The notes beneath the pieces are model-generated. The model had not been told where the DNA came from, searched no databases, and worked only from the letters and a program-made list of their open reading frames with translations. The translations under genes were made by a program, and so were the position numbers. This document shows, piece after piece, positions 1 to 9,377 of a stretch of 64,000 bases of DNA; positions within the stretch are counted from its first letter, which is position 1; the number at the start of each line of letters is the position of its first letter. Where the stretch lies: contig OY781964.1 in the NCBI GenBank assembly GCA_963677485.1, positions 2,240,001 to 2,304,000 on the forward strand, given 5' to 3'. Origin of the DNA: Armatimonadota bacterium (GTDB taxonomy: Bacteria > Armatimonadota > HRBIN16).

Positions 1-2
1 AC

Positions 3-1148
3 TGCGGGTTTGACACGGACTGCACCTCGGCCACCGCGGCCTCAATTCTGGGCGTGATGCTGGGAGCGGATAAAATCCCTGGATTCTGGCTGGACAAGAT
101 CGGCCATGAGATTGTGGTCGGCACGGTGGACATCAAACGCGAACGCAGCAAGGTCACCGAACTGGGCGAGGACACCTGCACCGCCGGACTCTCGTTCGCA
201 CGAGACGGCATCACGCAGGTGGAGTTCACCGACGTGCCCGAGGGTATCCTGCCCTCACTTCCGGTGGCCCAGCTTGAGCCGGAATTCACGCTGGACGTGG
301 AGTATGTGGGCGACCCGACCATCGGCGTGGGCGAGCCCCGAGCGGTGGTTCTGCACGCCGTCAACCTCACTGAGCGAGGGGTCCAGGCCCGTCTGAGCAT
401 CACTTGCCCTGAGAGCCTGAGCGTGGTGAAAGATAAGATCGACATCTACATCCCTGCGTTTGAGTCGGTTGATGTGGCGGTTGAGTTCGCCGTCAAGCCG
501 GATATCTCCGAGCTGCCCACCCGCAACGTCGTCGTCGCCAGGTTGAGCACTGGCCATCATCAGCTCGCGGAGCTGGAGTTCGGTCTGATGGGCGCCTGGC
601 GCATGAAGCTGATCGGCCCCTTCTGGGATAACTACGACACCACGAAATACGACTCCAACCCCTACGGTGAGGTGATGCAGTTCGTCAACGGCTCGCATGA
701 CCTCTACGCGATGTTCAGCGGATGGGCGAACATCAACCGCGCGTATATCGACGAGAGTTTTGTGGACATCGATGAGCTGCCCGGCACCATAGTGAACATC
801 CACCATGACATCTGGGAGATGGACCAGCTTGTGAAGTATAAAGGCCCATGCTGCGTCTACATGGTGTGGGACATGGTCTGCCCTGAGGACCGCGATGGCA
901 CCATCCTGCATATCGGCAACAACGACGCCTACCGCGTGTGGGTAAACGGCGATCTGGTTGCACAAAATGACAAGCAGACGATGTGGATGCCCTACAACTG
1001 GGGCACCGGCGTCAACCTGAAAAAGGGCGTGAACCGCTTCATTTTCAAGCTGCTCCGTACCGGTAATGATCTGGACTTCAGCCTGCTGATGCGCAGCGTG
1101 GCCAGCCGTCTGCGCTACTATGCCGACACCGCCAGCGTGATCAAGTAG
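3..1148 (+). CDS. ADP-ribosylglycohydrolase family protein (5' truncated by window edge) with C-terminal beta-sandwich/PA14-like extension
   Basis: Frame is open from the window start: CGFDTDCTSATAASILGVMLGADKIP, the D-T-D-x-x-A-x-A-G/S-x-I/L-x-G motif of ARH enzymes. C-terminus has NDAYRVWVNG...VNLKKGVNRFIFK, typical of appended carbohydrate-binding beta-sandwich domains. Confidence 0.8.
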   Translation, partial: CGFDTDCTSATAASILGVMLGADKIPGFWLDKIGHEIVVGTVDIKRERSKVTELGEDTCTAGLSFARDGITQVEFTDVPEGILPSLPVAQLEPEFTLDVEYVGDPTIGVGEPRAVVLHAVNLTERGVQARLSITCPESLSVVKDKIDIYIPAFESVDVAVEFAVKPDISELPTRNVVVARLSTGHHQLAELEFGLMGAWRMKLIGPFWDNYDTTKYDSNPYGEVMQFVNGSHDLYAMFSGWANINRAYIDESFVDIDELPGTIVNIHHDIWEMDQLVKYKGPCCVYMVWDMVCPEDRDGTILHIGNNDAYRVWVNGDLVAQNDKQTMWMPYNWGTGVNLKKGVNRFIFKLLRTGNDLDFSLLMRSVASRLRYYADTASVIK

Positions 1149-3425
1149 ATGCACGCCGGGAATGCGCTTACGATCTCCCTTCGCTTCCGCTATGGCGGCG
1201 GCGAAGGGCAGATGAACCTGGTCACCAAGGACAGCGAGTATCTGCTGCGCCTTTCGCCTGTTGATGGTGGGATGCGTCCTTTCTTCTTTGTGTATGCAGG
1301 CGGCACATGGGGCGCGCCGGTCAGCGGTCCGATTCTGCGCAAGGGCGACGACGTCAGTTTGGTGGCGGTATGGAGTGGTGAGGCCATCTACCTTTTTACC
1401 AATGGCTTGGTGGTCGCTGGTGGACGCCGCGGCGAAGTGGCGTCTGTCGATACCCCGCTTATTATCGGGAAAGGCAGCTCCTGGGCACCGGTGCCACTCG
1501 ATGGCGGAATTTTGGAGCAGAGCCTCGTGCCCGAAGCTCGCAGCCTTGATGCGATTTTGCGTAAGAACCTGGGTGTATCCGATACGCCTGGCAAAGCCAA
1601 CGCACCATCCGCTCTGAACGAACTGAATGGCTGGCAGGTAGAGGGCGGTCATGGTTCTATCCGAAACGGTGAACTGCGTGCCACCGCCACTGGTCCAGCG
1701 CTGCGGCTGCTGCGCACGGGTTTGGATATCGACCTGCAGGGTCTGCCGGAGCTCGGTCTGGCGATCGGCAGCACGGCCCGCAACGCACAACTGGTATTCG
1801 TCACCACCAAAGGTGCCCGCTCGCTGCCCATTGATCTTCCTGAGAAGGGTGAAGTCAGCACGGTGTTGATGGATATGCGCGCTTACTGGGAGTGGTCTGG
1901 TCGGCTGCTGGCACTGGGCATTCTTCTGGACGACCGCTCCCATGTCGCACGGCTGCGTGAAGTTCGCATCGAGGCCAAACCGACATTAGCTCCGCGGCTG
2001 CAGCTCACGCTGCTGGAGACCACGCCTGTTTTGCCGCGGTTCGGCAAGCCATTCAAGCTCAAGATGAAGCTGACCAACGCGGGAGGTCCTGCCCGTCAGG
2101 TTCGTGTATCAGTGCTCAGCCACGATGGTGTAACGGCAGTGGCACAGACTGTGGATCAGGGTATCGAACATCTCGATGCACGTGCCACACATAAGATGGA
2201 ATGGCAGCTCACTGCGAATCGCGATGGGCACCGTGTGGTGCGCCTCAAGCTGGACTGCGCCGAGGCCCCCAGCCGGGTGGTCGAAGTGCCGATCCTGGTA
2301 CTGGCCGCATTGAGGGCGGGTTCTGCGACCGCTGGTGTGCCTGTGCCAGCATCAACAGGCAGTGTCAGCCTGGGCATGATGACCTGCCCACTCTGGCGGC
2401 AAGGCACGCGCGGTGGCCCGCAGAGCGGCTGGTCCGAAATGACGCCCTTCCCACAGCGGCAGTCAGCGCTGGGCTGGTATGACGAGGGCAATCCTGAGGT
2501 CACCGACTGGGAGATCCGCTGGGCTGTGGAGCACGGCATTGAGTTCTTTATGTGCTGCTGGTATCGCGCCGCGGGCAACATCGGCAAGCCGGTGGTGCCG
2601 TGGCTAAACCACTGGGTGGAGAGCCTGAACCAGGCGAAATACGCTCAGATGGTGAAGTATTGCATCCTGTGGGAGAATATCGGCGCGGTGGGTGTGTCGA
2701 GTGCGGATGACATGATGCAGAACCTGCTGCCTTTTTGGATAGAGCACAACTTCAAGCAGCCCAACTACCTCCGTCGCGAGGGCAAACCGGTGCTGTATGT
2801 TTATGGCGTGCAGAAAATGGTGGATGACCTCGGTGGTGAAGCGAATACCCGGCGTGTGATCCGTCTGATGCGCGCGGCCTGCGAAAGAGCAGGTCTCGGT
2901 GGGTTGATATTGATGGGCGCGAACCACACTTCGCCAAGCAATGATAATTCGCTGGCGGCGCGGATCGGCTTCGACGCGATGTGGGCCTATCACTGGCCGA
3001 CCGCCAGCGATGTGATGCCCGCCAACTACACCAACCGCAGCCTAATGGAGCTGACGAAGCAGTGCTGGGCGATGCAGGCCAAAGGCAGGCTGCCCCGCTC
3101 CAACACGGTCAGTTTCGGCTGGGACGCCCGGCCATGGGGTCAGAAGGGTGCTCAGTGGCATCTCACCTCAGACGAGTTCCAGGAGATGTGCGTGGAGGCC
3201 AGGCGTCAGGCTCTGAATGCCAGTCACTGGGCGGAACGGATCGTGATGCTGGACAACTGGAACGAATTCGGAGAGGGCCACTACCTGGCTCCCACCAGAG
3301 GGTATGCGTTTGAGTATCTGGATGTCATCCGCAAGGTGTTCGCGCCGAAGGCAGGGCCGCATACTGACCTGCTGCCCGAGGATGTCGGCCAGGGTCCCTA
3401 CCAGACGCTATTTACGGGGGAGTGA
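1149..3425 (+). CDS. Glycoside hydrolase family 99-like (WbsX-like) protein with N-terminal LamG-like and Ig-like domains, copy 1
   Basis: 758 aa. Motifs ALGWYDEGNPEVTDWEIRWAVEHGIEFF..CWY, YLRREGKPVLYVY, GWDARPW and LDNWNEFGEGHYLAP are characteristic of GH99-like/WbsX catalytic domains. Confidence 0.8.
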   Translation: MHAGNALTISLRFRYGGGEGQMNLVTKDSEYLLRLSPVDGGMRPFFFVYAGGTWGAPVSGPILRKGDDVSLVAVWSGEAIYLFTNGLVVAGGRRGEVASVDTPLIIGKGSSWAPVPLDGGILEQSLVPEARSLDAILRKNLGVSDTPGKANAPSALNELNGWQVEGGHGSIRNGELRATATGPALRLLRTGLDIDLQGLPELGLAIGSTARNAQLVFVTTKGARSLPIDLPEKGEVSTVLMDMRAYWEWSGRLLALGILLDDRSHVARLREVRIEAKPTLAPRLQLTLLETTPVLPRFGKPFKLKMKLTNAGGPARQVRVSVLSHDGVTAVAQTVDQGIEHLDARATHKMEWQLTANRDGHRVVRLKLDCAEAPSRVVEVPILVLAALRAGSATAGVPVPASTGSVSLGMMTCPLWRQGTRGGPQSGWSEMTPFPQRQSALGWYDEGNPEVTDWEIRWAVEHGIEFFMCCWYRAAGNIGKPVVPWLNHWVESLNQAKYAQMVKYCILWENIGAVGVSSADDMMQNLLPFWIEHNFKQPNYLRREGKPVLYVYGVQKMVDDLGGEANTRRVIRLMRAACERAGLGGLILMGANHTSPSNDNSLAARIGFDAMWAYHWPTASDVMPANYTNRSLMELTKQCWAMQAKGRLPRSNTVSFGWDARPWGQKGAQWHLTSDEFQEMCVEARRQALNASHWAERIVMLDNWNEFGEGHYLAPTRGYAFEYLDVIRKVFAPKAGPHTDLLPEDVGQGPYQTLFTGE

Positions 3426-5698
3426 TGCACGCCGGTAAAGCGCTGACCATAAAAATCCGCTTCCGCTACGATGATGGAGAGGATACGATGAACCTCATCA
3501 CCAAGGATGGCGAATACCTGTTGCGCCTGTCGCCTGGTGATGGAGGTATGCGACCGAATTTCTTTGTATATGCAGGCGGCGCATGGGGTACACAGGTGTC
3601 GGGGCCGGTGCTGCGCAAAGGCGACGAGGTGGAGCTGGTGGCGGTGTGGACCGGTGAGAGCATCCACCTGTTTACCAACGGATTGACAAGCTATGCTTCG
3701 CGCAGCGGGGAAGTGGTGCCTACCGATTCGCCCGTCATCGTAGGAAAGCCCAGCCCGTGGGCCCCGCTCGCGCTGAACGGCAAAATCATCGAGCAGAGCA
3801 TCGTGCCCCAAGCACTTACGCTGGTTGAAATATACCGCGAAAACATGGGAATATCGCAGATAGCCTCCACCACCCCGGCACAGGATACCATCAGCAACCT
3901 CAAGCTCTGGAAAGTAGAGGGGGGTCATGCGGAATTCCGATCTGGCGGTTGGAAAGCCACCGCTACCGGTCCTGTATTGAGGTTTTTCCGCACAAACTTG
4001 AATCTGGAGTTACAGGGCCTTCCAGAACTCGGACTAGTGATCGGCAGCCATGCCCAAACCGTCCAACTCACATTTGTCACCGATAGGGGAGCACGTGTGA
4101 TTGAGCTAAACCTGCCAGACGGGGGCGAACTGGGCACGGTGCTTCAGGATATGCGGGCCTACCCGGAATGGTCAGGACGGTTGCTGGCATTAGGTGTTTT
4201 CATTGCTGACCGATCGGGCGTGACCCATCTGCAAGCGGTACGCATTGAGACAAAACCGACCTTGCCACCTCGACTTCAACTGCATCTACTCGATACTACA
4301 CCGGTATTGCCCCGCGTTGGCAGGCCGTTCCGTCTTCGGATGAAGCTGACGAATCACGGCGGTCCAGCCAATCAGATTCATGTATCTGTCATGGAGGGTG
4401 CTGGTTTGACGGTTCTGCAGTCTGCATCGACCAGGGATATATCCCATCTGAATGCACGGGGCGTTGAGCACCTCGAGTGGAGCCTCACGCATGAGCACCG
4501 GGGTCATCATGTGATGCGGTTTCGAGTGGAGTGTGCCGAAGCCAAAAGTTGTTATGTTGAGATCCCGATTTGTGTGCTTCCCAAACTCGATTCGGTGCCT
4601 GGAACGGTGCCTGTACCGAAGCCGGCATCGACCGCACCTGTCTCGGTAGGCATGATGAATTGCCCGCTTTGGCGTCAAGGCTCGCGAGGTGGAGCGCAGA
4701 GCGGCTGGAACGAGATCACCCCCTACCCGCAGCGTCAGCCCGCGCTGGGCTGGTATGATGAGGGCGATCCAGAGGTCACCGACTGGGAGATTCGCTGGGC
4801 AGTGGAGCATGGGGTGGAGTTCTTCATGCCTTGCTGGTATCGGGCCGCGGGTAACATCGGCAAGCCGGTGGTGCCCTGGTTGAATCACTGGGTAGAGAGC
4901 CTGAGCCAGGCCAGCTACGCCGATCTGATGAAATATGCCATCATGTGGACAAACGACGCAGTGGGTGTAGCCAATGCCGATGACATGATGCAGAACCTTC
5001 TGCCGTTTTGGATAGAGCACAATTTCAAGCAGCCGAACTACCTTCGCCGCGAGGGTAAGCCGGTGTTGTTTGTGTTTGTCGTGCAGAAGATGATAGACGA
5101 CCTGGGCGGCGAAGTGAGCGCACGGCGAGTGATCCGGCTGATGCGGGCTGCCTGCCAAAAGGCCGGTTTGAACGGGCTCATATTGGTAGGTGCCAACCAC
5201 ACCTCGCCCAATAGCGATAACGCCCTTTATGCCCGGGTGGGATTTGATGCGGTGTTTGCCTACCATTGGCCCACCTTTAGCAATCAGATGCCCGCCGCAC
5301 ACACCAGCCGCAGCATCATGAACGCTCAAAAGAAGTGCTGGGCGGGGCAAACCAAGAGCCGACTGCCCGCCGCAACCACCGTGAGCATGGGCTGGGATGC
5401 CAGACCGTGGGATCAGAAGCAACCTCTGTGGCGATTAAGCTCCAGCGAGTTTCAGCAGCTGTGCGTGGAAGCCAGGCATCAAGCACTGAAGGCCAGTCAC
5501 TGGGCGGAACAGATGGTGATGCTGGACAACTGGGATGAGTTCGGTGAGGGTCACTACCTGGCTCCGACGCGGCAGTATGGGTTTGAATATCTGGATGCCA
5601 TCCGCAAGGCGTTCGCGCCTCAAGCTGGCGAGCACACCGACCTGCTGCCCGAAGACGTCGGCCAGGGTCCCTACCAGCGGCTGTTTAAGGGGGAGTGA
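3425..5698 (+). CDS. Glycoside hydrolase family 99-like (WbsX-like) protein, copy 2 (tandem paralog)
   Basis: Colinear with 1149-3425 over its full length with the same motifs (DNWDEFGEGHYLAP). ATG overlaps the upstream TGA. Confidence 0.8.
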   Translation: MHAGKALTIKIRFRYDDGEDTMNLITKDGEYLLRLSPGDGGMRPNFFVYAGGAWGTQVSGPVLRKGDEVELVAVWTGESIHLFTNGLTSYASRSGEVVPTDSPVIVGKPSPWAPLALNGKIIEQSIVPQALTLVEIYRENMGISQIASTTPAQDTISNLKLWKVEGGHAEFRSGGWKATATGPVLRFFRTNLNLELQGLPELGLVIGSHAQTVQLTFVTDRGARVIELNLPDGGELGTVLQDMRAYPEWSGRLLALGVFIADRSGVTHLQAVRIETKPTLPPRLQLHLLDTTPVLPRVGRPFRLRMKLTNHGGPANQIHVSVMEGAGLTVLQSASTRDISHLNARGVEHLEWSLTHEHRGHHVMRFRVECAEAKSCYVEIPICVLPKLDSVPGTVPVPKPASTAPVSVGMMNCPLWRQGSRGGAQSGWNEITPYPQRQPALGWYDEGDPEVTDWEIRWAVEHGVEFFMPCWYRAAGNIGKPVVPWLNHWVESLSQASYADLMKYAIMWTNDAVGVANADDMMQNLLPFWIEHNFKQPNYLRREGKPVLFVFVVQKMIDDLGGEVSARRVIRLMRAACQKAGLNGLILVGANHTSPNSDNALYARVGFDAVFAYHWPTFSNQMPAAHTSRSIMNAQKKCWAGQTKSRLPAATTVSMGWDARPWDQKQPLWRLSSSEFQQLCVEARHQALKASHWAEQMVMLDNWDEFGEGHYLAPTRQYGFEYLDAIRKAFAPQAGEHTDLLPEDVGQGPYQRLFKGE

Positions 5699-5877
5699 TG
5701 CAGGGGCGGCCGGCAGGAGAGGCAGTAACTGATACAGTCGGGACGCCCACGACCGGAAACTTACAAATGAAGCACTGCAGATCGGTCTGATCGGTCGAAT
5801 CCGTCATATGCCCATACCCACCACCCGCCTGCGGTTTGTGGTAAAACATACCAGCTATACACCTTAAGGGGGCTGAG

Positions 5878-6978
5878 ATGAGCCGCAAAAGACCACTGCT
5901 TCTGGCGCACTACTACACCTGGTACGGCACCCCATGGGGTGCTGCAGGCCGGTGGGACCACTGGCACCAGGGCGACATCGGTGCGGTGAAGTGCCCCAAC
6001 AACGCTGACACGGTGCTGTTCAACCCCGCCCTCCGCGAGATCAGCTCCTGTGCTTACCCGCTCATCGGGCCATACGATAGTATGGATCGCGAAGTCATCC
6101 GCTGGCATATGCGGCTGGCCAAATCGGCGGGTATCGACGTCTTCAGTGTGGACTGGTGGGGCGACGCCGGCTGGCAGGGCGTGCCGCACTGGACCCGCGA
6201 TGTGTTCGAGAAAAGCGTGCTTCCGGTAGCAGAGCAGGAGCATTTCAAAGTTTGCCTGTTTGACGAGTGCCCGCAGTTTGTTGGTGATTTCGAGCAGTGC
6301 ATCACATGGGCCATCCAGTTCCTGAAGCGATATTCTACCAGCCCTGCCTATCTGCGCATCGAAGGCAAGCCGGTCTACTCTATCTACCAGGTATGGGAAG
6401 GTAAAGTCAGCCCGGCGCAGTATCAGCAGTTGGTTCAGCGTGTGGAGGCGGAGTGCGGGCCGGTCTACTGGATCATCGACCGTATGCTCTGCAGAGGGGC
6501 CGCGGGACGTCCGCACGGGGAGCTCTACGCCCCTGAGGAGTGGTTGAAGCAGCCAAAGCTTGATGCCATCAGCGGATACGCCACTTTCAGCAGCTTCCGC
6601 AGCTATGATGTGGATGTCTTAAAAGATATGTATGCTGGTTTCGCCAAACAGGTGCATGCCGCAGGTAAAAAAGTGATGCTGCCGCTACATCCCGGCCACG
6701 ACAACCGCAAGATCAACGCAGACCCCTGGCCAATCCCCCGTCAGGGCGATACCACACTGCGGAACTACTGGAAAGCTGTGGAACAGGCTGAAGCCGACAT
6801 CGCTGTCATCACCAGCTTCAACGAGTGGCCGGAGACGACCGTGGTGGAGCCCAGCCTCAGTTGGCCAGATCCGTATCTTTACTTGAAGACCATCGCTCAG
6901 TTGCGAGGTCGGCGGTTTGTGGCACCTCCACTGCCCCCAATGGCACACCGCGACCCTTTGATGAAGCTTCCTCAATAG
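5878..6978 (+). CDS. GH99/GH71-like glycoside hydrolase (endo-alpha-mannosidase-like)
   Basis: AHYYTWY, YPLIGPYDSMD, AGIDVFSVDWW, YLRIEGKPV and ITSFNEWPETTVVEP match GH99 motifs. Confidence 0.8.
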   Translation: MSRKRPLLLAHYYTWYGTPWGAAGRWDHWHQGDIGAVKCPNNADTVLFNPALREISSCAYPLIGPYDSMDREVIRWHMRLAKSAGIDVFSVDWWGDAGWQGVPHWTRDVFEKSVLPVAEQEHFKVCLFDECPQFVGDFEQCITWAIQFLKRYSTSPAYLRIEGKPVYSIYQVWEGKVSPAQYQQLVQRVEAECGPVYWIIDRMLCRGAAGRPHGELYAPEEWLKQPKLDAISGYATFSSFRSYDVDVLKDMYAGFAKQVHAAGKKVMLPLHPGHDNRKINADPWPIPRQGDTTLRNYWKAVEQAEADIAVITSFNEWPETTVVEPSLSWPDPYLYLKTIAQLRGRRFVAPPLPPMAHRDPLMKLPQ

Positions 6979-7101
6979 GCTGTAGGAGTGTTGGAAAGGC
7001 TGTTCCGCCTTATCTGCCCATATAGATCCACAACATGAATCCTCACCGTGAGCCACTGCATCTAAAACACAGAACAACACATTTCTGGAGGAACCTGAGA
7101 C

Positions 7102-7488
7102 ATGGCTATTACAACAACTATAGATAGTGGCTTCAAATTCACATCCGATGTGCGCGGTATCCCTGTCGTCGTGGATCTACCTGCTGAGCAGGGCGGCACG
7201 AACGAAGGAGCAACCCCACCAGAGCTGCTGGTTGTGGCGTTGAACGCCTGCATCGGCATATACGCTGTGATGTACATGCAGCGTGCTCGGTTGGACACAG
7301 CAGGCCTCAAAATCACCGGTGACTACGTGAAAGCGGCACACCCCACTCGTATCGGCTCCGTCTCGATACAAATAGTGGCGCCTGCCGTATCCGAAGAACA
7401 CAAAGAGGAATTCATGAAGTTTGTGAACAACTGCATGGTTCATAACACCCTTCACCACTGCCCTGAGATCACAATGGATCTGGCATAG
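7102..7488 (+). CDS. OsmC/Ohr family protein
   Basis: GG.NEGATPPELLVVALNAC...CMVHNTL pattern with two conserved Cys; GGAGG RBS upstream. Confidence 0.9.
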   Translation: MAITTTIDSGFKFTSDVRGIPVVVDLPAEQGGTNEGATPPELLVVALNACIGIYAVMYMQRARLDTAGLKITGDYVKAAHPTRIGSVSIQIVAPAVSEEHKEEFMKFVNNCMVHNTLHHCPEITMDLA

Positions 7489-7513
7489 TTCCCCCTTTCC
7501 ACGCAGCACCAAT

Positions 7514-7548
7514 ACACCCCCGCCAGACTTGAGTTTGGACGGGGGTGT
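7514..7548 (+). terminator. Hairpin downstream of the osmC-like gene, probable terminator
   Basis: ACACCCCCGCCAGAC-TTGA-GTTTGGACGGGGGTGT imperfect inverted repeat; no strong U-tract. Confidence 0.5.
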
Positions 7549-7657
7549 TGACGTAAATGCTCGCTTATAACACGCAAACAAGAACCAATTGCACCATATC
7601 GCGTCCAATAATATAGGTTGACTGATAATAGTTGATATACTTTTAACGGGACACAGA

Positions 7658-8494
7658 ATGATAGATATACAGCATGTTACCGTCTCTTACGACTCGGGAC
7701 CTATGGTTCTAAAGGACGTAAGCCTTCAAATAGATAAGGGTGAATTTGTATTTCTGGTGGGCAGTACAGGCGCCGGAAAATCCACTTTGTTGCGTCTGCT
7801 CACACGCGAAATCGTACCGGATAGCGGCGTGTTAATGGCTGGCGGCCAAAGCCTCGGTGAACTATGTAGCTCTGACTTACCCCAGTACCGCCGCACACTT
7901 GGTGTTGTTTTCCAAAATTACTCGCTGTTGAAGCGCAAGACGGTCTGGGAGAATGTGGCTTATGTGCTGCGCGTATTAGGTATGAGCCGGAAAGAGATTC
8001 GCCGCCGCACCTCACATGCACTTGAACTGGTGGACATGCAGCGTAACAACAACAAGTTTCCAAACCAGCTTTCGGGTGGCGAACAGCAGCGGGTCGCCAT
8101 CGCCCGCGCTTTGGTGAACGACCCCAGCTTGCTGCTGGCCGATGAGCCTACGGGCAGCCTGGATCCTGATACCAGTTGGGAGATCATGGACCTTTTCCGG
8201 CAGATCAACGCACGGGGAACCACGGTGTTGATTGCCAGCCACGACCAGCCGATGGTTGACCGCCTGCGCAAGCGTGTGGTGCGTATGGAAAACGGCCAGA
8301 TCATCAGCGATGTGCCTGAATCACGCTGGGAGCTGAACCTGCCTCGCCTTGAGGATATGCCAGCTTCTCAGATGGAAGACCAGCAGGATGAACCGGTTGA
8401 GCTGCCTGCGGCTGAACCGACAGATGAAAACCCCGAAGCCGTTGAAGTATTAAACCAGCCGGTGACACAAGAGCCGACTGAGGATCAGCAATAG
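7658..8494 (+). CDS. ftsE: Cell division ATP-binding protein FtsE
   Basis: GEFVFLVGSTGAGKST Walker A, LSGGEQQRVAIARALVN, LLADEPTGSLDP; directly followed by ftsX. Confidence 0.93.
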   Translation: MIDIQHVTVSYDSGPMVLKDVSLQIDKGEFVFLVGSTGAGKSTLLRLLTREIVPDSGVLMAGGQSLGELCSSDLPQYRRTLGVVFQNYSLLKRKTVWENVAYVLRVLGMSRKEIRRRTSHALELVDMQRNNNKFPNQLSGGEQQRVAIARALVNDPSLLLADEPTGSLDPDTSWEIMDLFRQINARGTTVLIASHDQPMVDRLRKRVVRMENGQIISDVPESRWELNLPRLEDMPASQMEDQQDEPVELPAAEPTDENPEAVEVLNQPVTQEPTEDQQ

Positions 8495-9373
8495 ATGAAT
8501 TTTACAATTATCGAATTCGTGGTACAAGAAGCTTTTGTCAACATGGTTCGCAACAAGCTTATGACACTGGCCGCTGTGGCCACCATGGCCCTAACTCTGG
8601 CCATTCTAGGTGGGTTTGGGGTGATGGGCTGGAAGCTTGAGCGTGAAGTCAACGCGCTGCCTGCTAAGTTTGAAATGAAAGTCTACTTCAAAGACGGCAT
8701 CGACCATAAGCGTGAGCAGGTGGTGCAGAATAAAATCTCACAAAGCCCCCACGTAGCGAAGGTCACATTCACTAGCAAAGAGAAGGCCTGGGATCTGGCA
8801 AAATCGACCTACGATAAAGCCATCACACAGGGTCTGCCTGCCAATCCGCTGACCGATGAACTCAAGGTTCTTCTGAAAGATGCCGCGATGACAGAGGATG
8901 TTTCTTCATGGCTGCGCAACCTGCCAGAAGTTGATGAGGTGGTGGATAGCCGCGACGAAGTGACCATTCTGCTGAAACTTCAAACGGGGCTGCGTGTAGC
9001 CGGAGCCATACTGACTTTGGTCCTGTTGATCGCATCGATAGTCATCATCCACAATACAATCCGACTGACCATTTCAGCTCGCAAAGAAGACATCCGTATC
9101 ATGCAGTTGATTGGTGCGGCTTCGGCCACCATTAGAACACCGTTCGTGCTGGAAGGCGTGGTGCAGGGGCTGCTTGGTGCTGCGGTGGCCTTGGGGTTGC
9201 TTTGGGCGGTCATGGTTGCCATAATGAACTACGTCAAATCAGTCATCCCGTTGGGTATGACCAACAGTCCGGTGCCGATGGGCATTGTGGCGTTGGTGCT
9301 GGCGGTCATTGGCATGTTGATTGGGGGCGTGGTCAGTTCAATGTCTCTACGTCGGTATTTAAAGGAGGGCTAG
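8495..9373 (+). CDS. ftsX: Cell division permease FtsX
   Basis: N-terminal TM, extracellular loop, IHNTIRLTISARKEDIRIMQLIGA...IRTPFVLEG signature. Confidence 0.93.
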   Translation: MNFTIIEFVVQEAFVNMVRNKLMTLAAVATMALTLAILGGFGVMGWKLEREVNALPAKFEMKVYFKDGIDHKREQVVQNKISQSPHVAKVTFTSKEKAWDLAKSTYDKAITQGLPANPLTDELKVLLKDAAMTEDVSSWLRNLPEVDEVVDSRDEVTILLKLQTGLRVAGAILTLVLLIASIVIIHNTIRLTISARKEDIRIMQLIGAASATIRTPFVLEGVVQGLLGAAVALGLLWAVMVAIMNYVKSVIPLGMTNSPVPMGIVALVLAVIGMLIGGVVSSMSLRRYLKEG

Positions 9374-9377
9374 ATAG

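Noticed and set aside
255-1943. Long antisense or alternative-frame ORFs (e.g. 255-1943, 4286-5422, 27870-28724, 31548-32441, 62527-63567)
   Set aside because: They are shadows of well-supported genes in GC-rich DNA and carry no recognisable motifs.
8489-8500. Amber readthrough fusions at in-frame TAG-ATG junctions (ftsE/ftsX; also 1146-1151)
   Set aside because: TAG terminates many other genes normally and no recoding machinery or element is visible; translational coupling is a sufficient explanation.
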